Source: Rhynchobatus australiae (lineage: Eukaryota). From it: DNA of 64,000 nucleotides. Within the stretch, counting starts at the first letter, position 1. Every line of letters begins with the position of its first letter. A program made the position numbers and the translations under genes. The notes below the pieces were generated by a model that ran no database searches, had not been told where the DNA came from, and saw only the letters and a program-made list of their open reading frames with translations. Shown in pieces: positions 49,481 to 62,490 of this stretch. The stretch is from positions 31,071,345 through 31,135,344 of the forward strand of contig JAUZTB010000017.1 of the NCBI GenBank assembly GCA_034780895.1. The letters are read 5' to 3'.

Positions 49481-51164
49481 GTTGCCAGGAGTTGCAGTGT
49501 GTGATTTAGTTCCCTGATACAGTTGTCTCTGTGTGGGTTGCTACCCCAAAGATGAATGCCTTGAAATGTATAGATTATGGGGAAGTGTCTGAAAGAATGG
49601 TTCTTGAGTTTAGGGAGAGCTTTTGATGGTGTATTGTGGAATGCAGGGATGCAGCAGCTGCATCCTCCCAGAGGAGGAAGAAAACGGACAGTGAACCGTA
49701 ATGGAAAGAGCAGTAGGATGTGACTGGAAGAGTTCATGGCATAATGTTAAACATGGAAGATGAAATCATTGCATTGTGAAGGGGGAGTGTGAATGAAAGA
49801 GATAAGGTGATAGACAAGTGGAATTTGGCACAGCAAAAGATGCATTGTCAATGATTGTGCCCTAGTTTTTCAATGTCCTGCAAATAATATTAAATAAGAA
49901 GCCTGGAAAGTCAGAAATCATGTTTTGTAGTTTTTTAAAGATGAATTAACACCTTGTTCAAAACATTATTTTGATGTGAATGTGCATTTTTAGTGCTGAG
50001 AAATATATTTGCTCATATTTCAGATAATTCAAAAAGCTGAATTATTTGTGTATTGAATGAGCCTTTTTTGTTGAAGGTTCCTATTTCTTTGGGATTGGTT
50101 TAAGGGTTGACCTAGTGTGAACAAAATTGTAAATCCACCCTATAGTGGAGGAGTTTTACAGGTTTGATTGTTTAGGGAAGATTAATTTAGAACTTCTGGC
50201 AGATTATGGGCTGCAAGCGGGAAAAGTTGGACGTAAGAAAACATTATGAAGAGAATAAGTGGAGAAGCTTATTGCGAATTAACCAGTCTGCAAATTAGCT
50301 GCAAACTGTGACGCACAACCTGAACTACAATGTGATGTATTATAGAGCTTGCAGTACCAAATACTGGCTTCAGTAGTTCGAGTCGGTGTTGCAATGTGTG
50401 ATAGTCCCCTTTGGAGCCACGCAATCTGAGCTCTTATCTGTAAGTGTTGGTAACCTGATCTACTTTAGAAGATCTGAATGCCTTCATAGCTTGCATAAAG
50501 CATGATAAATATGTGTTTTTGTCACAGTGTGATGCACTGATCCAGGCAGCTGCAGCTTGACAGCTAGCATAGTGTGTTGTCATTCTGCAAGCTTGAAGTA
50601 CCTGTCTCTGGTTTTATGGTGACTTGCTGTGATTTGCCATGTGAACAGAATGGATAATTCCTTCATAAGTGAGTTGCTGCATTTTTTTAAATTAAAAAAC
50701 CTTCTATGGTGTTTGCAATCTGTCAAGCATTTTTGTAAAAAAAAAACTCAGCTTTTAGTCTTTACCGGAAATTGTGATTCAATGATTGACGAATTGTGAT
50801 TTGAGTTTGCATTCTGTTGAACAGGAGAAGCACTTGTGTGCCTAAACTACAATAAGGGTTCTACCAAATGTGTGACTCCTCTTCTAAAATTATCACTTTT
50901 ATTTTTTCTCTCCTGTTACATGCACATTTAGTCTGTGCAGAAATTTTATCTTTTCAGTTAGAAATTCACAAGGTATGCGTATAACTGTCATGAATGTCAG
51001 TGCCTACAAGTAAACACCATTCATCTCAGATTCTGCCTGTTTTCTCGCATGTGTACTGTATTATTGTGCAAAGATGAACAGAAGGGTTTGTTGATTTCAT
51101 AATTAATATTTAATTACACTGAGAATATTACAGTGTCACTGCCAATAAAGTGGTTGCTGTTTAA

Positions 51165-51410
51165 AAATTTATTCTTGGGATCTGAGCAACACATTTTATA
51201 TTACTCATTCTGGGTTGCCCTGAGGATATTAACCACCTGGCACCTGATTAAAATCAAACATGACCAGTNNNNNNCTACCCCTGAAGGATACAATCCAGTA
51301 GATTTTTAATACTCTTATTAAGTTGTTGAATTTGACTTTGCTATTTGTCAGAATGAGGTTCAAATCCGTGACCTCTGGGCTGTAGTGTACTCAGCTACCT
51401 TACCAAGCCA
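51165..51410 (-). mobile_element. tRNA-derived SINE (same type as 62300-62490), degenerate
   Basis: TTATTCTTGGGATCTGAGC...GTTGCCCTGAGG...CCCTGAAGGATA...GAGGTTCAAATCCGTGACCTCTGG; tail related to the second LINE family. Confidence 0.5.
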
Positions 51411-52619
51411 ATGTGGCTGAAATGTGCTGTACAATTCCTGTGATTCCAGTAATGGAAATGAGCATCATGACAACTGTATACTTTTCAGTAAAATGGGATT
51501 TGCCAATTTATTTTGACCATTTCTCCCAGTGAATGGTTCTGGTATTTTGTACAACTCTTCTGACAATTAGGGAATATATCTTTTAACTGTAGAAAAGGTA
51601 AAGCTCCCCATAACCTCTGCATAATTATTTCAGTGGTAAACCTGTAATGCTTAATGGGTCAAAATTGACCTTGAGAACATAGGGACTGGAAACAGATGGC
51701 AGCATTTCAGGAATAAACTGTGCAGCAAAGACTAGCTGCAGTGGGAAGTGTCCTGTTAATATAATGATGAGAAAGGATCTAACCACAAACTGAAGCTTAT
51801 TCAGTAAATTTGGTATGGGATCACAGATGGGTATGCCACGTGCGGATTACTGAGTATGAAATGGGAATCACATAGCTTATTTCTTGTATTTTGTTTTTAT
51901 ATATTAAGAAGAAGCAGCGCAAAGAAACAAATACAGTACAGAAGCATGTCATCTTGGGCCAAGTGATCCATTGTGGTGTTTATGTCCCACAGTTTACTTT
52001 TCCATACAGTTAATTCCTGTAATGTTATCCATTTGTAATCTCACTGCTTCAAGAAGTCTTACATATCTCATTCCTCTTTATAAATTTATTGGGTGAATAT
52101 GAGATAGACTTTGATTAAGATAATTAATATTCCTTAATACTGCACAGGTTTAAGTTGTATAGATTGTCAAGAAGTTTTCAGTGAAGAAATGCTAATGCCC
52201 CTAAACAAGTGTTTTGGAAAAGACTGTCACTCGATTCTCATCTGGTACATAACACTGCGCCACCTGGTGTATTTACAAGGGAGGAGATACATGCCTTGGA
52301 AATGGGCTTTAATCCTTTCTTAGGTGCACTAAACGTACTGCATATAGTATGAATATCTGGTTGGATACCCCACTAACCTGTAGTGAAATTACCCAACATT
52401 ACAATGGAATGAGTTCTATCGTAGTTTACACCCAGAATAATGTGCCAAAATGTGTCCTGCACAATTCAAGATGGGACCTCATCTGATTTTGTACCACTGC
52501 AGATGCATTGTTACACACTTGAAGAAGTGGTCAGCCCTTAAAGGCACACTCCACATGCAGTCATAGACTGGTAATGCACACTATAGCTATCATGGAGGAG
52601 ACAAAAGCTGCAGGGGATA

Positions 52620-52835
52620 TGGAATGACCCCACGATTTTGAGGGACCTGAGCATTCTCATAAGTGAAATGCATGCTAAGAGGGTGATCCTATGTGCCAGA
52701 GAAAGCCAGGAGATCCACTGGGCCCATCATTATATAATCCTGAGAGGAGGTGGATCCAGCTGTCTCCTTGTGATATGAGAATCTGTAGTCGTACAAGTAA
52801 TGCACAATGAATTTCATGTCCTCACGTTGTCAGGA
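52620..52835 (+). pseudogene. Myb/SANT-like DNA-binding gene remnant (Harbinger partner gene)
   Basis: PRF*/RDLSILISEMHAKRVILC...S*EEVDPAVS...*C...EFHVLT parallels APRFSD.DLE.L..EV..RR.VL...WEEVA.AVS...QCRKKFNDL. Confidence 0.6.
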
Positions 52836-55419
52836 TGAACTGCCCACACCACAGACAGTTGTAGTGAGCCGCTTCAATAAAGGGATCAGGAATTCATTCA
52901 CTGTATTATGATCAATGCACGGAAGGATGTGAGCCATTATTTTTGTCATCTGGCCTCTCTCAGCTGATTACTGGTATTCATGTTGGTTTTAAAGATTGGA
53001 GTGTGGAGATGATACTTTATCTGGATTTAACAAGCTCCTTGTGAGAAATGTTGATCTTTGAGAGAGTCCATTATTGTTCCTTCAGTCAATGCCTCTTTTT
53101 TTTCTGTTGGGAGATAAGGTTGCTGCTGTTCTGTGAGACTTCCCCTGGGTAGTCTGTCTCGTCATCCTGCTTCTCTTGTTCCACTGCTCTTCAGGTTGGG
53201 CTCCAGATATGGTGCCAATGGAGCCAACGTTCTGACAATGGACTTTGAGGTCAGGGCCAAAGACTTGGGCTCAAGCAGCAGAATATCATACATCTACCAT
53301 CATGGCAGCTTTTCCCACAGCAAGTTTGGTACTCGTACATCTCATTTCAGCAAGTTGGGCATTTGTGCTAGGACTGTGAATTGGGATGAGGAGCCAGAGA
53401 AGCAGAGGGTAGCACTTATCCTCCTGGATCCATCCCTCTGGACAGTGTTGGCCCTGAAAAATGCCTGACTACTTAGTATACCTGAGAATTCCTGAAAAAA
53501 ATTGACATTGACATCGGGAAAATCTGATGACCTCTGCTACCTGAACAATCTAAGGAAAAGGTCCATGTAATGAAGGGGAAACTCTTTGGACCTTGAGTGT
53601 GATCTGAAGCTGCTTGGTCAAGTCTCCCAATGTCAGCAGTGTACCTGTGAATGGACATAGCTGCAGCAGAGTATCACCATGTGCTTCCAGTTGTTCTGAG
53701 ACCATTGAACAGCAGTTGTAAGTACACCCTAAATCTCTATGCTGACAAAGGAAGAAACGTGTCATAGTGACTGGTGATGTCATTAAAAATGCATCTGATA
53801 GTGGGATGTCTGGCCAATCCAAATGAAGAAGCCTTAGTCTTATCTACACAGGGCTCACTGACTGATCTCTCAATGACTTACTGTTGAATAGAGGTCTAAC
53901 AAATACAGTATTTCAGCCAGTCCACTTTATGTAAGAATGATGAACATCAATCCTAATTTAAGACCATGAATTTAAAAGCTAGATAATGTAACAGTTTATT
54001 TAAGTACAAGGTAAGGGAAAATGCATTTTGTCCAGAAAGAAATGTGATGAGAACCAGTGTGGCTCCAGAAATTTGAACCGGCACTTTCCAGAATGAGTCA
54101 TGTTTGCATTGGACAAAAATTCAGCTTTAGACAAGCAGTGATGATGTCATTCCCAGTGCAGTAATGAAGCATTGCAGTGAAATTAGACCATATTGTTCTG
54201 TTAGTGACAAACTAGTGGAGCCAGATTAGAATTCTATTAAGGTAAGCCCCATGCCTGCTTTCTATACATAGGGCCATCCCACTCACTGATCTCACTCCAT
54301 GACTTGAAACCACCTGTCACTCCGACGTTATCAACCCAGGCTTTGGCAGCCCAACTCTCCAACGCCATCCCCATTTTGATTAGCCCATGCCCCAATTGTT
54401 GATCACCTGCTCTTCAGCTCCCACCCCTACCTGACCACTGACATTGTCCTGACCTCCACTCCAGCCCAAACCTCTGTGCCACCCCCTCTCGGNNNNNNNN
54501 NNNNNNNNNNNNNNNNNNNNNNNNNNNNNNNNNNNNNNNNNNNNNNNNNNNNNNNNNNNNNNNNNNNNNNNNNNNNNNNNNNNNNNNNNGGCGTCCTCGC
54601 GCCTACGTTTTCCGTGTTCACCAGATCCTCCCCACCCCCCCCCCATACCCTACCCTGTCACTCTCTGATTGCTGAACACAGCCCCACCCCATTGCTCTGA
54701 ATTAGACAGCCCTCCACACCTGGTCATCTTTGGCAGTCCTCCTTCCAACCCACTCTGCATCATGACCCCTTGCCTGATACTGAGCAACTCCTGTGCCTGA
54801 CCTTAGTTGCCACTCCACTCCCCTAACATCCTCACTTTCTCCAATCTGATTCAACACCTACATGCTCACCCACCAGATTGGGCCTTTGACCATTGGCAAT
54901 CCTTGCCCCCTGCCCTTTCTCTAGTTGACCCCTTGGACCAGGTGCCAGTCCCAAGCAGTGCATCTTTATTCACGAATGCCTGTTCTGTTTGTTTGGTGGG
55001 GGGGCCTTGCCAAGGTGGCTGTTGCCAAGCATTATAGCAGCCCTGTAGAGCATTTGCAACACTGCACAATAATTTCTAGGTCTGAATGCAATCACTTCAG
55101 ATTAAGATTCAATTGGATTTGTTACCTATCCTTTTGAAATATTGCTTTATCTAGCAACAGCATTGTTTCTGGTACCCATGTTATTTTCTGCTTGCAAGCA
55201 CAACAGTCATGTCTTGCAGTGGATATGAACCTTTTCTCTCAATGTGAGACAGATGCTCTGTTCTGAGCTCTTCATGAAAGGAGGTGATGAGGCACAGAGA
55301 AGAAGTTTCAAGAGAATACACAAAACTTCCTTGAAGTGCATCATGCTCATTTACTCCTTTGAACTTCTGGCTCATGAATGGTCAAAGTGAAGGAGGAGGA
55401 CTTGGAGTGGTGTTGAGAA

Positions 55420-55640
55420 TCCCAAGGCCATGCATTGGGATGACACAGAAGCTCTGCAAAAGCAGCAGAAGGAGCACACAACCTGACAAACTGTCCAATC
55501 ACCTTCCCTAGCAGTCACTCCTACCCCTATTAATGGAAGGTTCTGTGCCTACATTGACCTGCTTCGCCACCTCAGAACCCATAAAAATAGATAGATAGAA
55601 GCAAGTCAACCTTGATCCCAACAGATGCTCAAGAAGGAGA
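55420..55640 (+). mobile_element. RTE-clade LINE 3' end
   Basis: CAGCAGAAGGAGCAC...GCCTACATTGACCTGCTTCGCCACCTCAGAACCCAT (cf. the ..IGL.SHLRTH zinc-finger end), followed by GAAGCAAGTCAACCTTGATCCC...AAGAAGGAG tail. Confidence 0.65.
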
Positions 55641-56150
55641 AACCTTGTGTTTTGTACCACGATAACAGAAGGATGCTATCATTAGAAGAGGATATTTCAT
55701 GGAATCACTCATAATGGCATTGAGAAATATTCATGTTGTTTGGATTAATTCTGTTCATCTGATGGGGAGTTCATTAATTTCTAGACTTTGGTACTTTTTT
55801 GGTGATATGAGATCTTGAATGGAATCACTAGTATTCTAATGTGTAGAGAGCATCTGTGCATCAGTTTCCATGCCAATTAGTAGTGTTGATGAATAAGGAT
55901 CTGTTTGCCGAGCCTGAAGGTCTATATTGGGAGAGATGGTAAATATTCAGTCACCAGGTGAAAGTAATGTTTTTTTAAGTGTTATGAATAACTTAATGTA
56001 AACATCATAGTGATTTCATGGACACCAATATTAACTGCATTCAGATAATTAGATGACTGATTTTAAATGAGGGGCTAATGTTAGCCAAGGTAGGTGTAGG
56101 GCTATGAAAGATGCTACACATATGCAGTTGCTTTCTTTTTGGTCTTTTTA

Positions 56151-56345
56151 GTGACCTGCCCATGCCGTCCATTGCGCCCTGAGAAAATAGGTGACCTGCC
56201 CATGCCATCCATTGTGCCCAGAGAAAATAGGTGACCTGCCCATGCCATCCATTGTGCCCAGAGAAAATTGGTGACCTGCCCATGCCATCCATTGTGCCCA
56301 GAGAAAATTGGTGACCTGCCCATGCCATCCATTGTGCCCTAGGGA
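56151..56345. repeat. 40-bp minisatellite, ~4.9 copies
   Basis: Unit GTGACCTGCCCATGCCATCCATTGTGCCCAGAGAAAAT(A/T)G starts at 56151, 56191, 56231, 56271 and 56311; no spacers. Confidence 0.97.
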
Positions 56346-57864
56346 AACCAGTAATCAGTGTGTCTTTCATTGTATCTGATTTGAGTTACTGATCTGCCAC
56401 CTGGCATTTGGAAGCATGACTTCACTGGCCATTTCAAAAACATGAGGAATTAGATCATACAGAAAAGATGGAATATAAATAAATGACAGTTTACAGAAGT
56501 GAAAAGGTTTCTTTTTCAGCTGTGTTTTGCCTTGTTTTCACTCACAATTAAATCTGAACCTGAAGGGACTTAGGATTTGCCAGATTAGGAGTTTTTTCAC
56601 GTAGTACCAAAATAATGGCTATTTTGTATGACTTAATGTCTGGAATTTTTACATTGGTGCTTAGGGTTTCAGACCTGCAATAACTGGAACACTTTGGGTT
56701 TTTATTATTTGTGATGCAGAGTTGTTTCTGGTGATGCATGAAAACTAGGGGGCTTGAGATAATGTGCAAGGTGCTACTGCAATATTGGAACTACTGATTA
56801 CATCCAACATGAATTCTTATCTTTTATTGCATTTTACAGATAGCTTTGTGTACCTCTTCACAGACCAATGTTTCCCAATATGTTTCTTTCACCCTGTTCC
56901 ATAACATGTAAATGAGTAGGAGCTGAATGTAATACTGCAATACAGGGGTGAACACTGGTAACACAATAATCAGTCTTCTTAATTCTCAAATTTTGCTCAG
57001 ATAATATATTTTCAGGTGCTTCAAATTGTCTCATTTATTGTACAGCTTCTTCTGTAGGGTTCAATACTTAAACTGGACATGCTTGAAATTTATAGTTATT
57101 TAATTTCATTGTATGAGCAACAATCAATGTACAGTTTTACTAAAAGTGTAAAACAGTATGTCTCTGAAATGCTAATTTCACAATTAAATTAATCCATGTT
57201 TAATTTGATTCTGTTACGCCAGATTTCATGAAGAAAATAATGGGATTCAAGAGAGAATTTGTATTTAAGATGTGTTGTGCTGTACATTAATTCTTTGAGC
57301 ATCATAATAATATAAGTAATTTTGACTAAACACTGTCTGTTATTAAACCAAGAATATGACAAATTATATAAAAAGTGAAGGGTTCAAGTCAAATTCCGAC
57401 CTGTCCTTGATGTATGCGCAAGTCTTTGCTTTTCAAGAATGTCCTCTGGCTAGATTGTTTAATCACCATATATGGAACACACAACAGAGTTGAATCCTTG
57501 TCCACGTTTTATATTTAACTATTAATGCTTATTAAAAAAAAAAGTGACCAATTGATTTGTGTCAGTCTTCGAAAATGATGTCCCATGGATAAGATAGATC
57601 CTTCTGCAGTTGTCTATCATTTGCTTTCACTGTAATTCAGATTAAACCATACTGCTTCTTTCTTTACACAAATTTTAAAAAGCCTGTGGTGGTAAAAGTC
57701 AATATACAATCAATAAATGCTCAGTACATTAAATTAGACTTCTTTCAGGCATTATGGTGAGTGTCACCTGGTTGTTAAAGAGATTAATGATCTTTGTTCT
57801 TCTAAGCCACCTTTGAATGACAACCAAATTATTTACCTTTTTTGCACTCCCTGCCTTTGTTCAG

Positions 57865-57901
57865 TGCATCTCTTGAGGGAAATTGTTCCACTGAGAAACA
57901 G
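57865..57901 (+). CDS. Candidate 37-nt exon of host gene
   Basis: Long pyrimidine tract TTTACCTTTTTTGCACTCCCTGCCTTTGTTCAG| and near-consensus donor CAG|GTAAGC; open in phase 1 (VHLLREIVPLRN) and phase 2 (ASLEGNCSTEKQ). Confidence 0.4.
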
Positions 57902-59759
57902 GTAAGCACTTTATCTTAAGGGACAAAATTTTGCAAACATTTTACCAGAAAGGAAGATGCAGTAGAATCCAGCATCTACTTGCACCATTGTTAGGTTCTG
58001 TATACATGCTGGAAGCCATGTCTCTGTGCTCATTGACTTGTGCATTTTCCTGTTATCTAAATAAGAACTGCTAACGAGCTGGGCAGCTGAGTTAGCAAGA
58101 ACTAGGGCTGTATGTTGGAAACATGTCAGTGAAGGTAGTGCACAGATCTAATACAGGCCAAATGTTAGGACTCATTTAGTGAAAACGACTTGCCATTAAT
58201 TAGATCTATTAATAAACCAGTGTCCTCAATACATTTAAAGCAGCTAATTTTGTATATCGATTGGGATATGACTAATAGTTCAGTTTTCAGAAATTTCCTT
58301 ACGAATAATGTCTTAACCATCATGTATTAATTCTGTAGAACATCAAATATAATGCACAATTGTTGAAACAAAAGAGCCATGATATAATTTTCATCAATCT
58401 GCCATCCTTGCAGGCCCATGGTTTTGTATGTTGTCAGGGTGCAGCATTGCCGTTTTGGAAACTATAAACATTCATTTGCACAATGGTCACTTCATTTGTT
58501 TGGTTTTATCTTAGATTCATTACCCTGATTGTATGTAATTCTGATTTTCTGAAGGGCATAATTATGAGAATTGGGGATAATATTTTCTTCCACTCAGTTG
58601 CAGTACTTTCAGAGCCCTAGGTTTTCAAAGAGCTGGCTCAAGGTTGATTAGAGCAATGATACTCAGTGCATTCTCGTGGCAAAGATCAATAGGAATAAAG
58701 AGATTTTGTAAGTGCCTACAGTACATAGATTAGATTCTGTCAATCCCCACAAATCATTGTTAAAACTTGATATCAATCTGTACATGTAAAATACATCTTG
58801 TGGGGTTGGGGGGGGGAGGGAGGGTGGGAAATCAATTATAGAAATCAGCATATCAAAAGTGAGACTGGTGACTCAAAACCTGATTTTGATGGAAATTTGT
58901 CTACTGATAAAATAAATCTCAGGAACCTGATGGGATGAATTTACTCTAAATGTTGCACAATTTGATGCTTCAATGAAATTTAAGGAATCCTACTCATAAA
59001 TGCCTGGGATGTACATGTTCCATGTGCCTAAAGTCCAGTGCAGCACAATGGTTAATATAGGGTTGGAAGTCACATTTACCCTGAGATAAGTCAATTCTGT
59101 CTTGTATCTCACAATAATGAATATTTATACAAGCAATGGCTAAGAAATGTTTTGATTTTATCGGCAGGAAGTGATAGGTCTCCACCTGCTAGATTCAGCC
59201 CTGTGACATGACTCTACTAGTGTAGAAAAGTAATGAGAAGGTGGTTCACTCTTCTAATGACAAATTCCAGATGAGTACTTTAGCCCCTAAAATAAAAAGG
59301 CTTGAACTGGTGATACACAGCCTCTCAAGCTTAAGAAAGTGCTGGAAATTTTGTGGGACTTTTTTGTTCGTTACCAATGCTTTTCTTTGTTATCCTCTTT
59401 ATTGGTAACATTTCATCATCAAATATTAAACAGGTTCTGCAGGTCTCAATCTCAGTTTTCAGAGAAGTTGGAGTAAACCAAAAATGTATATTAGCCTAGT
59501 TGCATGGACTTAATCTGATTACATTGCAGAAAAACCAGACAGTAATTACAATATTTCAGACTGTCTCCTCTTGTATTGCAAAACCGATCCTCACATAATA
59601 CAGATCAGAGTTATGAGTTAATCGTTCTTCTTGATGTGATGGCTTGAACAATTACAAATATTGCCAGACCTTTTCTGAAATGTGCCCCTTTACATTTAAG
59701 CAAACTTTGGGCCTGCCTCTAACAGAGGCTGCCAGCTGAAGGAAAGGTTTTGGAATAAG

Positions 59760-59890
59760 ACCAAAAAATGCTGGAAATATCAGCAGGTTAAATGGCATCT
59801 GTGGGGAGAGAGGCAGCATCCTGAGCAATGACCTTGTATCAAAACTGGAAGAGTTTCCAGCAGCTGGTGTATTTTGCTCTGTTTTGTAAA
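59760..59890 (-). mobile_element. Penelope-like terminal fragment (degenerate)
   Basis: AAAAAATGCTGGAAATATCAGCAGGTTAAATGGCATCTGTGGGGAGAG...GACCTTGTATCAAAACTGG. Confidence 0.6.
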
Positions 59891-60101
59891 TTTATTTTTC
59901 CAAGTGCACTTTTCAATGGGGCTAGTGGGGGTGGGGAATTTCACCTTTACCTACATTGCTATTGCACATTAGTACATTATGGGCATGGCGGAGTTTGGAG
60001 GTTGGGCAATTATTTCCAGTAATATTTGTAGAATCGCAGAATTCTTAAAGCTGAGAAAGAGGCCATTCAGTTCATTGAATCTTTTCCAACTCCAAGAAGA
60101 G

Positions 60102-60810
60102 CATCGGGTGCTCCCGATGCAGCCTCCTGTACAACGGTGAACGCAGATTGGGTGACCGCTTCGACGAGCACCTTCACTCCGTCTGCCGCAACAGCCAGGA
60201 CCTCCTGGTGGCCACTCACTTCAATTCCACATCCTACTCCCATACTGACGTGTCTGTCCATGGCTGTCTCTACTGTCACGTTGAGGCCAGTCGCAGGTTG
60301 GAGGAACAACACCTCATATTCTGCCTTGGGAGTCTCCAAACTGATGGCCTCGNNNNNNNNNNNNNNNNNNNNNNNNNNNNNNNNNNNNNNNNNNNNNNNN
60401 NNNNNNNNNNNNNNNNNNNNNNNNNNNNNNNNNNNNNNNNNNNNNNNNNNNNNNNNNNNNNNNNNNNNNNNNNNNNNNNNNNNNNNNNNNNNNNNNNNNN
60501 NNNNNNNNNNNNNNNNNNNNNNNNNNNNNNNNNNNNNNNNNNNNNNNNNNNNNNNNNNNNNNNNNNNNNNNNNNNNNNNNNNNNNNNNNNNNNNNNNNNN
60601 NNNNNNNNNNNNNNNNNNNNNNNNNNNNNNNNNNNNNNNNNNNNTGCTCCTCCCCCTCCCCCTCCCCCCACCTTCTTATTCTGGCTTCTGCCCTCTTCCT
60701 TTCCAGTCCCGATAAAGGGTCTCGGCTTGAAACGTTGACTGTTTATTTCCCTTATTTCCCTCCAAGGATGCTGCCTGACCTGCTGAGTTCCTCCAGCACT
60801 TTTTGTGTAC
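60102..60810 (+). mobile_element. Penelope-like element 3' part: GIY-YIG endonuclease C-terminus plus terminal repeat
   Basis: CSRCSLLY...RRLGDRFDEHLHSVCRNSQDLLVATHFNSTSYSHTDVSVHG.LYC..EASRRLEEQHLIFCLGSLQTDGL is the PLE GIY-YIG end; after the gap comes the terminal repeat with a hammerhead-like motif. Confidence 0.92.
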
Positions 60811-60929
60811 TTCTTTCCCCCCACCCACACACTTTTTTCCTGTAGACATGCAAAGAATTCTCTCTAAAGTATCTAACCAGTTTCCTTTGAAANNNNNNNN
60901 NNCTACCCTTGTATTTGTTTTAATTAATT

Positions 60930-61450
60930 TACTTTTCAGGATTTGAGCACTGCTGACAAGGCCAACATTTGTTGCTCATCTGTATTTGCACAAGAAGATG
61001 GTGCTGTGCCAGAGCCCTGAATGGTTGCAATTCTTCTAGTAAAGGTACTCTCACAGTGCTGTGGGAAAGGGAGTTCCAGGATTTAAACCCAGCGATGATG
61101 CAAGACCAGTGATATTTTTCCAAGAGATGGTGTGCAACATGCAGGTTGTTATAATGCATCTGCTGTCTGTGTCCTCCTTGGTGGTAGAGGTCATGTGAAT
61201 GCGAGGTATATGGGATATTGGAGTAGCCTAGGCAAGCTGTTGCAGTTCGTTCTGTAGATGGTACATACTGCAGCCATTATGTGATGGTAGTGGAGCAAAG
61301 GAACGTTTAGGGAAGTAGAAGAGTAAACTCTTTTCCCTGGTTGTTATTGGAGCTGCACTCATCCAAACTGGTGGAGAATATTCTGTCACACTTGTGATGT
61401 GCGCGGCAGTGTAGATGATAGAAAGTGATTATGGTGTCAGGAGGTCAATA
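60930..61450 (-). mobile_element. CR1-group LINE, second family, 3' fragment
   Basis: CTGACAAGGCCAACATTTGTTGCTCATC...GAGTTCCAGGATTTAAACCCAGCGATGATG; homologous to 47975-48760. Confidence 0.75.
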
Positions 61451-61679
61451 ACAACTATAAGATACTTAAAAGGATTGCTCTCTGGAAAATGCTGCAGGAT
61501 TTGTTGTTGTTACTTCCACCATTTGATGTCTCTAATAGCTGCTCCTAAACTTTAAGGATATCTGGCATACTTTTTCCTTCAAAGGAGTTCTTAAGGCAAT
61601 CTTATACTGTAAGGACAAGGAGCGAAAAAGTGCCGCACGCTGTTGACTTCGTTTATTAATGCTTCCACTAGGAAACCAT

Positions 61680-62170
61680 GGAGCCACAAGAAAATAAGAG
61701 CAGCAATAGGTTACATCCCATCGAGCCTTCTCCAACATTCAATGTAATCATGGCTGATCTTCCCCAAGCCCCAGTTCCTCTTCTGTGCCTGTTTTCCATG
61801 GCCCTCAATTCCTTGATCTTTCAAAAAAAAATTTGCTTCCACCTTAAGTACTTCCCAATAATCTAGTCTTCATCAGCCTCTGGGTCAGAGAATTCCAGAG
61901 ATTCACCACCCTCTGCAAGAAGCTCCCAGATACCTTCCTTTATAAATGACCACTTTCTTATCTTAACACTATGTACCTTCGCTCAAGACTCTCCCACTAG
62001 TGGAAACTTCTCAACATCTACCCTGTCTTGCCCCTGTGTTTCAGTACAATCATTCTTCTAAACTACAAAGGATACAGATTAACTTTGTTGGCCTCTCATG
62101 ATAGAACAGCCCTCTCATCCCAAGAATTAGCCTGTTGAATCTCTTTGGGACTGCCTCCAATGCTACTATA
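61680..62170 (-). mobile_element. CR1 3' fragment
   Basis: AAGAAAATAAGAGCAGCAATAGG...CATTCAATGTAATCATGGCTGATC...CAGAGAATTCCAGAGATTCACCACCCTCTG. Confidence 0.8.
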
Positions 62171-62299
62171 AAACCGTGCATGATAGTCTAATAAGGCTGC
62201 CTGCAAGAACACATGTAACCACAATCCAACACTGAAGTGTGTGTCTCCCCTTTAAGGATTTGGAGGTTGCATCATCCCAGTTAATGAACTTCAGGAACT

Positions 62300-62490
62300 T
62301 AAGTTACTTCAGGAAACTAAATCCACCATCCTTCCCCAATCTGGCCTCTGATTGTAGATCCACTAATATGGTCCCTTTAATGACCCAGCAAGCCATTACA
62401 GAATAAACTCTGTTAAAGGGGCAATTAGTACAGGACAATAAATGCTGCCATTGCCAGAAATGTCTACATTCTTTAAACAGATGAAAAGAA
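62300..62490 (+). mobile_element. SINE 3' part sharing the tail of the second LINE family
   Basis: GGGGCAATTAGTACAGGACAATAAATGCTGCCATTGCCAG corresponds to the reverse complement of the tail at 34190-34235. Confidence 0.6.

Noticed and set aside
50958-50972. 15-nt micro-exon TTAGAAATTCACAAG between TTTTCAG and GTATGC
   Set aside because: Splice-like words alone are too common in AT-rich intron; no supporting evidence.
56151-56345. CRISPR-like array or repetitive ORFs (56041-56370, 56114-56332)
   Set aside because: Head-to-tail 40-bp units with no unique spacers, no cas genes and a eukaryotic context; the ORFs are by-products of the repeat.
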